Below, one piece after another: positions 53,959 through 64,000 of a stretch of 64,000 nt of DNA (position 1 is the stretch's first letter; every line of letters begins with the position of its first letter). Location: the NCBI GenBank assembly GCA_964016885.1, contig OZ024745.1, forward strand, positions 116,374,001 to 116,438,000. The letters run 5' to 3'. The DNA comes from Eledone cirrhosa (taxonomy: Eukaryota). The position numbers were made by a program, and so were the translations under genes. The notes under the pieces are model-generated. The model saw only the letters and a program-made list of their open reading frames with translations. It was not told the DNA's origin and searched no databases.

Positions 53959-56342
53959 TTATTATTATTATTATTCAAGGTAGGGTGTATGTAAACATCC
54001 TTAGTATTATGATTATCTAATATAAAATATACATATTATTGAGAGCAAGCGTTTGACTATAACGATATAACATTCCAATGAAATCCCTCTAAACTCTATC
54101 CTAGCCGTGACATCCACCTTTTCAGGTAAGTATATTCAATTATTTGACACAAGCACAAATTGCATTACGTACAAAACGAGAGGAAATAACATTCTGTAAT
54201 ATTTTTTTTTTTTTCCAGTGACACATTACAGATATAGAGGGTGTTTTATATTTCACTTTATAAATCTAATCTGATTTACTTAATGTATTTAACTGGCTCA
54301 TGTCATTCAGTGTTAATATGCACTTCTGGTAACTAAACATGACAATATACATTACTGAAGAGACATATTGCTCTAATAAAAATGCATTGATCTGAAGCTG
54401 ATCAATCAGTTCACATGTCGTTGGAGATGGTTTCAAAATATATACAGTCACATTCCGGACATGATCTTACATAAGCTCATAAACTTCGTAAGCCACACTG
54501 GGGGTGAATTGGGAGGATTGGTAGTGAGCCTTTCTCCGGGAAAATATGAAGTATATTTAAAAAGTGCAAATGAAGTTTCCGAGTGTAAAATGATTTCCAG
54601 GAATCGGTAATGACCAGCCTTAAGCAGAGGGTTGATGAATACCAAAATAATCGCTACAAGACGAACGCGGTTGCTTTTTGATATGTTAGAGATATTTCCT
54701 CATCTAAGAAGCAAGAAGGGTTGAGAATCGTGTTACAGTAGACAGGGGGTTTTAAATACTTTCTGTACTGTTCTTTCATAGCTAAATGGTGTCACATAAT
54801 TTCGTTGAGCAGGTTGGAATGTAACGAAAGTCTTTTCCAGAATAATGCTGAGTTCAGCTACCTTACAAGATACAGAACTATAATTCACATCTTCAGCACT
54901 TTATACAACTAAGAATTATTGAGAGTTTCTGGATTTCGCAAAATACATAATATTTTTTATTGGAGAAGGTAAGATTTTTTCCGCAAAACTTTGATTGCAC
55001 TGTATGTATTATTTGAAAATGTTATTTATTCATTATAAAAATTAAATGATAGCATTCTATATATAGGTGGGCCCCCTTCATCTCCTTGGAACCAATATAT
55101 CTAGAGCCGGTCCACCACTGGTGAAGAGTACAGTGCATGTGTAAATGTGAGTTGATATGTATGTGTGTGTGTATGTGTGTGTTTGTGTGTGTGTCTGTGC
55201 GTGTCTGTGTCTGTATATGTGAGTGTGTGTATGTGTCTGTGTCTGTTTTGAAACGTCTTCTAATATAATGCTGCTGACGTTACCGGTGATATGAAGGCAA
55301 TTTAGTCTAACAGATTATCAAGTTGGAATGTCAGCCCAGTGCTGATTAACATTCGATTCCATACAAGTACCTGACAGATGTTTTATTTTTGGTTACCTGG
55401 AAGGAGAAAGCAAAGTTGACTTCGGTGTGATTTGAACTTGGAATGTAAGAATCTGGAACAAACATCAGATACTTTGTCTCACTCTCTAACCTCTCTCTCA
55501 GTTTCCAAACATTTAAAGAAAAGAAATTAAACGCTATAAAAGATTTATTGAAATATTCACCGTTTGTTTCATCGCTCCGCTCATTACCAATTACTATTCT
55601 TACGGTAATTACTACTCAATTTGTTTACGAAAATTAGTTTGTATTTATTGTTAATTCCAATCACATTATCGATTTCGGAAAGACAGCATATTTGTTTTAT
55701 TATAGACGCCATACAATATCTTTCAAATAGCTATTGGTGGGAATCGAAACAATGTCGTCAATTCAACTCCACAGGAATGTACACTACATTCTAGACTATG
55801 CCTTTTGTCAAATCCCATGGAATAGTTAACTATATGACGTAGCATGAAATTAATTACTCAAATCTAATTTTAATTAACAAAGCTTAAGGAAAAAGCAAAC
55901 ATGAATTCGTGACTTTTAGAATATTTGTAAGTCAGTCATACAATCAATTCCTGATTCACCAGATGACATAAGAGAAAGATTTAACCTATATCACGCTCTT
56001 TCAGCTGTATTTGTGTCATGAATGTTTTGACGTATAGCAGGTTTTCTGATATGTACAGTACTAGCTAGAGGACACAATGTAGTAAAGGTTGAAATTTTCT
56101 GGAAATTCTATTATATCACGGAAATCTGTTTACAATGCATACTGGGTAATTATAATTATGTAAACGATGACAAAATATTTCAAAATTCATTGGGTGTCTT
56201 AGTGGTACGAAAATAATTCTATTTTGGTACAGGATATAACTGCTAAAATATATATTTTAATACACTTACATCGGCTGCTCGGTGGAAATTTAATTGTAGT
56301 AATCGACAGTTGATCGACATTCGTCAAAGCGTTTCGAAGGCA

Positions 56343-56460
56343 AGTGGCGGAGTGGTAAGAGAATTGGATTTGCAATCGTGAGATTGTGAGTTCAATTCCT
56401 GGACCGAGCGATGCGTTATGTCCTTGAGCAAGACACTCTATTTCACGTTGCTCCTTCTAC
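56343..56460 (+). mobile_element. tRNA-derived CORE-like SINE 5' part
   Basis: A box tggcggagtgg, B box gagttcaattcc, tgtccttgagcaagacac. Confidence 0.7.
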
Positions 56461-57005
56461 TTGGAGTTGCAACCGATATATAGTATTAGCAATTGGAAAG
56501 ACAAACGGAAACATTGTTTACTCGGTCCGATTTGATTGTAGTAATGCCAAACTAAATATCCTAATTGATTTTATGAAGATTTATCAGCTTCGATTTTCTC
56601 CGACGTTGAAGCTTATAAATTATGTTTCAGAAACATACCAGTAACAATTAAGTACCACCTCCATAAAGGTGTGGCTTATGGCGAGGCGAAGATATTACAT
56701 CGTGGATTCAAAACCTAGCATTTACGCGTAGAAATATCAATACTGCGTACATATTCAATCGGTTTGTCAGAACATAGAGACAAATATTCCTCTAGATAAT
56801 ATGCATGCGTGGTCCTGTAAATCCTAATGATGTTGTAGGGGCACCGTATTGTCATAATATATTTCTGGAAGAGCACTCAGTTCTTGTGTGTGCAGTATAA
56901 ATTATATATATATTCACACACACACACACACACATACACAGAGACACACACACACAAATACACACATATATATATGTATATATATATATATGTGTGTGTG
57001 TGTGA

Positions 57006-57048
<43 letters not shown>

Positions 57049-57414
57049 TGCGTGTGTGTGTTGCAAAATAAAGCCTTAAAGGAACATTACCAGTCTGGCT
57101 TCTTGTTATTTTAACCAAACCAATATTTAACTCCGTTCCTGCACCAATCACAGGATTAATCATCAACGATGGATGAGTTGCGTAACATAGAGTGTTTTTC
57201 CTACTATTACATCACGGTTGACTAAACAGAATGACCGGTTATATCTAGTAGTGAACCACTAACATTGTATGTGTATATATATCTATATATATATATATTG
57301 AAGACCATTCGCTATGAGTTTTAAAGTAGTGACTATGACACTTACTTATTCTCTGCAAAAACAGCTGAGAATATTTATATATATATATATGTATATATAC
57401 ATATGTATATATAT

Positions 57415-57680
57415 GATGGCTGCAAACTCTGCTAAGAGTACTGCAATCGCTTGTCAGATTACAGAATGTGGTGCAGTTTTAGGTACCTGTAACATATCGT
57501 AAACAAGGAGTGCCTGTGCTTTGAAGTTTTTTTAATTGGGGAAAGGCATTGCACTCGATCAATCCCACTCTCTGAGCATCGAAAAGAATACCCAAAAAGG
57601 AGAATTGATCAACATCATCGGATGCTTCCGAAGCAGCAGGGGTTTTTTGCAAGAGTTTCCCTCTCCAGAAAGGTCTTTCC
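57415..57680 (-). mobile_element. Partial copy of the 43802-44410 element
   Basis: aaaggcattgcac..cccactctct..caacatcatcggat..agagtttccctctcc is the reverse complement of 44030-44170. Confidence 0.6.
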
Positions 57681-58154
57681 GCACTATTCCCTTAACCTGT
57701 TCAACACCACCATTTTACACCAATACACATTATTATCATTTGATAATGCATAAAAATGCTGAAACCGGTAAGCAATTATTAAATACATAGATAAATAAAT
57801 GCCATTGTTAATTAATAAATAAATGAACTAATACCTTAACACTTCACACAAAGTAAAATATTTTGTATTAATAATTTTCTAGAAAAAAGAGAAGAAAATA
57901 AATTGAAAAGAAATATTTTTCTTCCTAATAATCGTCTTTTTCTCCCTGTTTTCATGTATATATATTATATATATATATATATCCTAACTCGTTTGCTCCT
58001 TCTCCACATTTTATTATATATATAGTTATACTTTGGGAGGGTCATGTTGCCAATAAGAAACACACGCACCAGATGCTTTCACTTCAATATATAACAAGAT
58101 CGGTTTAAACACACGTTTTCAGATAAAGAATCTTGCTAAACTAATTCAGAAACG

Positions 58155-58293
<139 letters not shown>

Positions 58294-58497
58294 AATAAAC
58301 ATGTTTTAACGGTCTATTCTCCGATTTTTACTTTCCCACGTGCTTACGCTCTGCTAACTCTCTAGCCCACTAAATATTAACACTTCGAATATTTAATACT
58401 GCCGGCACTAGTATCGAGCACCTTTGGCATACGCTACTTGGCAAATAACTATATGTATCACCTATCCCTCCTTTTTGTCTCTTTCTCGATACGCAAA

Positions 58498-58581
<84 letters not shown>

Positions 58582-58703
58582 ATTATTATTATTATGTAAT
58601 AAACAACATAAGGCAATTATTCCATTTACCAGTGGTTTCTTAAAAGAAACCACTGGTAAATGGAATAATTGCCTTATGTTGTTTATTACATAATAATAAT
58701 AAT
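58582..58703. repeat. Perfect palindrome with 60-bp arms
   Basis: ...tccatttaccagtggtttctt aa aagaaaccactggtaaatgga... Confidence 0.95.
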
Positions 58704-58767
58704 TAAGCTCTGTTGCTTACATAGAGCACTCTTTTTTCCTGGACTTTTCCGATGGAATTACTTCATT

Positions 58768-58827
<60 letters not shown>

Positions 58828-59285
58828 CTTTCTAATGCAGAGGGAAATAAAAGTCATACGTTGCCAAATAATGTTTGAAAGTCGTAATTGAAATGATATA
58901 CTGTCAACGTTGATTTACTATTATATCGCATTTTTATCCGGAGTTTTACCTTATTCTGTACTTTACACTACTACACTTTGTTTTTCATGATTTTCGTGAA
59001 TAATTGTGATATTAATATTCGGCTATTTATTGCGTCCTAAAGAGAATAAGCTATACAAACATATCTAACAATATGATATAATATTCTATTGAACGATAAA
59101 TAATCAATATATTTACAGTGGTTCCTACAATAGTATTGTTATAAACCAATCGTGTTTGGCTAAATAGAAATGGGAAGTTCGCCTCATTTATATCATAGGT
59201 TCAATCACTGACTATATGAAATCTATCTGTTAACGCATCTTGTGGTAGTATAAAATATGTTTCAAATATATCACCGAAAAAAATA

Positions 59286-59332
<47 letters not shown>

Positions 59333-59341
59333 ATATATATA

Positions 59342-59437
<96 letters not shown>

Positions 59438-59457
59438 CGTGTGTGTGTGTATATATA

Positions 59458-59639
<182 letters not shown>

Positions 59640-59811
59640 AAATGTAATCTGAGTTTTGCGAATATTAATAATTGTTTCTACTTTTGGCACAAGGCCATCA
59701 ATTACCCAGGACATTACTGGCATTCGTTTGCAATTATGCAAACAAGCCTCATTTTTAAAGCCATGTCAGTAGAACGAACCATTCATTTTTGCTCTTGTTG
59801 GCATGTAAACA

Positions 59812-59861
59812 GAACTGCAGACACTAATGTTTCTGGGTATCACCCTTCATCAGTACAGTTC
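59812..59861 (-). ncRNA. Type I hammerhead ribozyme (GUC)
   Basis: gaactgta-CTGATGA-a gggt gat accc a-GAAA-cattagt-GTC-tgcagttc. Confidence 0.85.
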
Positions 59862-60245
59862 ACTGTTCAGCGGCCAACTCTCAGAGCTAGTGAAAATATA
59901 TGCTATTTTCAAACATATAGAGTGACTGATCGGCATATTAGCAGACTGGCTGATAAGTCAGATCTGCATATTAGCACATCGACTGATCAGCCAGATTTAC
60001 ATGTCACCAGACTGACTGGTCAGCTTCCTGTATACGAGAGATAAATGGCCGGCTTTGTCACATTCAAAATAACTTTTTAAAACAATTTTCGCCCTACATG
60101 GCTGAATACAATAAATGTAATCTGAGTTTTACGAATATTAATAATAACATTCGATTAGTTTGCAATTATGCAAACAAGCCTCATTTTTAAAGCCATGTCA
60201 GTAGAATGAACCCTTCTTTCTTGCTCTTGCGTTGGCATATAAACA

Positions 60246-60295
60246 GAACTGCATACACTAATGTTTCTGGGTATCACCCTTCATCAGTACAGTTC
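60246..60295 (-). ncRNA. Type I hammerhead ribozyme (GUA)
   Basis: Identical to 59812-59861 except that the cleavage triplet is GUA. Confidence 0.85.
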
Positions 60296-60451
60296 ACTGT
60301 TCACCTGCCAACTGTCAAGGCTAGTGAAAATATATGCTAATTGCATAATATCTATATATACAAATGGAAGTTCAGTAGAATCGAACCTCCTGCTGCGGCC
60401 AAGCTAACGAATGTAATCCGGAATGTGCAGCTAATCACTAATATATATACC

Positions 60452-60544
<93 letters not shown>

Positions 60545-60548
<4 letters not shown>

Positions 60549-62835
60549 GTGGAACACTGGAAGGTAATATCCGTTTTGGTAGAGCACTCAGTCCATGGGA
60601 CGAGTTAGGTAGAGGTGGTTACACAACAGTTAGTTCACCATACAGGAAACAATTGTTTCACCTTAGCGGATCCTCAGCTCGGAATGGGCATGGTTATAGG
60701 AACAGGAAGGACAACCGTACGAACGCGCATGCGCAGAAACCCGGTCATTTCACACAGGCAATACTATAATGCGTGCGAGAGGTGTAAGGGAGATAACTGC
60801 GAAAGTCCGAAAAGTTTTTAGTTGAAAAATAAAATTACAAAGAATCAGTCCGGAGCCTTGTAGTTATGTAATAAGTGCTTGGCGACGTCTGGACAACGTG
60901 TGAAAAATTGATTTCTCGTGTTTATGCAATCTCTATTGCGTAATCTCTTTAGACTAGTTATTCGTTCGTCAATACATAAGCCACACGTCGGATTTCCCCT
61001 TGCGTATGGCTTGGACTTAGTGATGGATTTCCAATGAATGGAGTAGTCTATACTTGAGTCCTTGAGGGACCATACATGGCTCGTGAGAGTCGTGGATGAA
61101 CGTCCGTCCGGGTACCTGAAGGTAGACTGGTGGTTCAGGAAACGTTCCTTAAATCGTCCCTCCGCCATGCCCACATAGGATTTGATCTCCTGTAGTTCGT
61201 TTGGTCGGTTGGAAGTGACCACAGCTTCATAAATTACAGCTGGTGTGTTGCATTGCTGTTGAAGGGGGCAAGCATCAGGCTTACGGCAAGAGCACCCTAG
61301 TGGGATGTTGCTCCTAGGGCTGCTGGTGATGTAGGCCTTCATGTTCTTAGCGCAGGGGTATCCTAGTTTAACTTAGTGTCGGTTAACTTAGTGTCGGTTA
61401 AAGATGGAGCGGTATTTATGACTTATGGCAACGTGTATATCTAAGAGGGTTAGACATTTTTTCCTACATTGGTTTTAACGTTGAGTGAGAAGGGAGGAGA
61501 GAACCAGATAGTTTGTCTATTGTTGTGCTAACTTTTCCTAATGGTGTTGTTGCTAGTGGGAGAGTAAGTGAGAGGTTGTGAGAAGCCGCTATTAGCTAAC
61601 GCCGTGTTATAGTAGGGTGCCGCCCTGTCAAAGATAGCCTTATTAGAGGAGAGGTTTGAGATTCTAGTACTGATATTCTTAACGAAGTTTCTAAAAACAG
61701 TGGGAGGGTGGCATGAGTCCTTGTGAATGTAATTGAGTTTCTCGTTTAGCTTATGGAAGGGTCTGTGGGTGTGTGTGCGAAGGTCTAAATTAATGTCTAA
61801 GAAATCTACGCTAGAGAGGTTGGTGACTACTGTTATCCTAAGTCCTAACTCATTGAAGATAGAAGCTAAGTCTTTTTTAAACCGGTTGAGGTCGTGACCA
61901 CTTTTATGGCTCGATAAAGTCAGTCCATCGTCGCAGTATATTCCCGTGTTGAAGTCCGGGAATCTAACACGTAATATGTCTAAGATAAATAGGCCAACCA
62001 AGTCACATACGTCAGCACTGTCAAACGATCCCATGGAGACGTCGAATAGGTCTGAAGTTGCAGACTTCTTTGCCCAGGCTACTTCGTCGTTGAAGAGTAG
62101 GGCTTTTTCGGCAGTGAGCGATGATTTCCCTGTCTAAACCATCGACGGTGGTATAAGTGGTAGCGAAGTCCAACGCTTTGTTTAACAGGGTCTCTGAGAT
62201 CGACGGGTAAAAATCGACAATGTCAAACTGTGTGAACTTAGCTTTTTTGGATTTTAAGGAGTTAAACCACTTAATTACGGAGTCGCTGTTCTCCCACTTG
62301 GGCAGGTTGGACTTGGTCCTAATGATCTTAACTATGTTTCTAAGTATGGCCGTACTGATTAGTCCCATATCTGTGCGTGCCGGGTTTCTTAGTCTACATG
62401 TGGGATTAGAAGTAAAGTCTACCTTGTGATCTTTCAGGGCGAGGGACGCCTCCCGCTTAGCTAGAGATTGTAGCTTCTTATCTACCTTAAGGTCGGCGGC
62501 AAGTTCCTTGGCCTATGTATTAATGTCGTGGTAGGCCATAGGGTTAGCTTTCTTATAATTAGAAGTAATAGCGTTATGGACCAGGTGGGTGAAAGTGGTG
62601 TTGTCGACTTCGTAAAATGATTAGTTTTGTCGGAAAGAACGAAGGTGTTATTAGAAGACCTAAATTTCTTAATATCATTTCTGAGTTTCGTTTAAAAGGT
62701 GTTAGTGTGTTTGCGAAAGGAAATGTTAGCGACTAAGTCAAGAAGGTCCATCTCGAAAGGAGCAAGTTCATTTACCTTAGGAGGGTAGGCTCTAGATTTC
62801 AGGTTGAATGTGTTGTTGGTGCCTGTAATTTTCCC
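60545..62835 (-). mobile_element. Penelope-like element, long frameshifted copy (RT plus GIY-YIG plus 3' terminal region)
   Basis: FDIVDFYPSI, MGSFDSADVCDLVG, YCDDG, FLDINL, CSCRKPDACPL, VIYEA...SYVG. Confidence 0.92.
60643..60682 (-). ncRNA. Minimal hammerhead in the PLE 3' terminal region
   Basis: CTGAGGA-tcc gctaa ggt-GAAA-caatt-GTT; palindromic ACAATTGT; stem I eroded. Confidence 0.6.
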
Positions 62836-62859
62836 GTCATATATATATATATATATACG

Positions 62860-63118
62860 GAAAAAAGATGAAATCGAATATGCATCTGGAGTCTTTTTTT
62901 ATTTAATATATATTTATTTGGTTCCTTTACATATTTCGCAGTTCTTCAACTTTTCAAATGTAGGATTGAGATGGAGGGTCTGTGGTTTACAGACCCTCCA
63001 TCTCAACTCACCTTTTGAAAAGCCGAAGAACTACGAAACCGGTAAAGGAACCAAATAAATATATATATTTTTTTTTTAAATAAGACTTCAGTTGCATTTT
63101 CGATTTCATCTCTTTTTC
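62860..63118. repeat. ~260-bp palindrome with HHR-like motifs
   Basis: Perfect 18-bp core arms ttgagatggagggtctgt/acagaccctccatctcaa with diverged outer arms. Confidence 0.88.
63011..63048 (+). ncRNA. Minimal hammerhead variant with a U3-A8 core
   Basis: cctt-TTGAAAA-gccgaagaactac-GAAA-ccg-GTA-aagg; stem II poor. Confidence 0.5.
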
Positions 63119-63179
63119 TTTATACTTTCACTCGTGTAGGACACCTCGGTTATTTTTCATTTTGTAAAAAAAACCTCAC

Positions 63180-63397
<218 letters not shown>

Positions 63398-64000
63398 TAT
63401 ATACATACATATATATGTATACATATATATATATATGTGTGTGTGTGTGTGTATGTATGTATATATATATATACATCTGTCTGTGAGTGCGTGTGTGCGT
63501 GTATGCATGTGTTTGTGTGTGTGTAGGTGTGTGTGTTTGTGTGTATGTGTGTGTGTAATAAATGATCGATAAGCTTTTTAAAAGTCGTTACAATGCAGTA
63601 GAACATACAAAGGGCAAAGGATTCTTCACCGCTGAAAAATGAGGCTTTGCCCTGAAATATCAAATTTCATTGGGTAAAACATTATTTTCCTTTGTTTGGT
63701 TTTGTTTTATTTACCATTATATGCCCTTCGTAGGTTCTACTGCATTGGATCGGATTTTTAAAAAAAATCGAATATATTATTTGGCCATTTCATATAGAGA
63801 TATCAGGGCAACAAGAAACTGACCATCGATCCCATATTCCTAACTCAATAAGCGTCAATTCCTTGCAACTAGGTCGCTCTTTGGGCTTTCACCATTCCCC
63901 CAATCTCCACTTAATATTCTTAATGAAAATATGCTAATATCAATGCTAGTAAGGTAGGAATGTCTCTCTCTCTCTCTTTGTCAATAAATTGGTATAGCTT

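Noticed and set aside
54266-54660. Short ORFs on both strands
   Set aside because: Cannot distinguish an exon from TE debris.
56343-56410. tRNA gene
   Set aside because: A/B boxes run into a SINE body and there is no proper acceptor stem.

Overview
AT-rich, repeat-dense eukaryotic DNA that is mostly intronic or intergenic. The repeat content (very long (TA)n/(CA)n tracts, tRNA-derived SINEs, RTE/R4/Tx1/CR1 LINE debris, Penelope-like elements) suggests an octopus or other coleoid genome; this is an inference. No complete host gene is visible, only two plausible minus-strand exons (5580-5732 and ~13950-14164). Most listed ORFs are microsatellite artefacts or decayed retroelement fragments. The strongest signal is non-coding. 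About 18 type I hammerhead ribozyme (HHR) motifs, many degenerate, from roughly 8 unrelated repeat families can be folded by eye. They include a 1.65 kb retrozyme-like array of ~310 bp HHR-bearing units in divergent orientation (30120-31765), two tandem HHR pairs that define ~430 nt monomers (19803-20512 and 59638-60339), HHR-containing palindromes (40288-40732, 62860-63118) and HHRs in the terminal repeats of Penelope-like elements. All structures were derived manually and none is tested.
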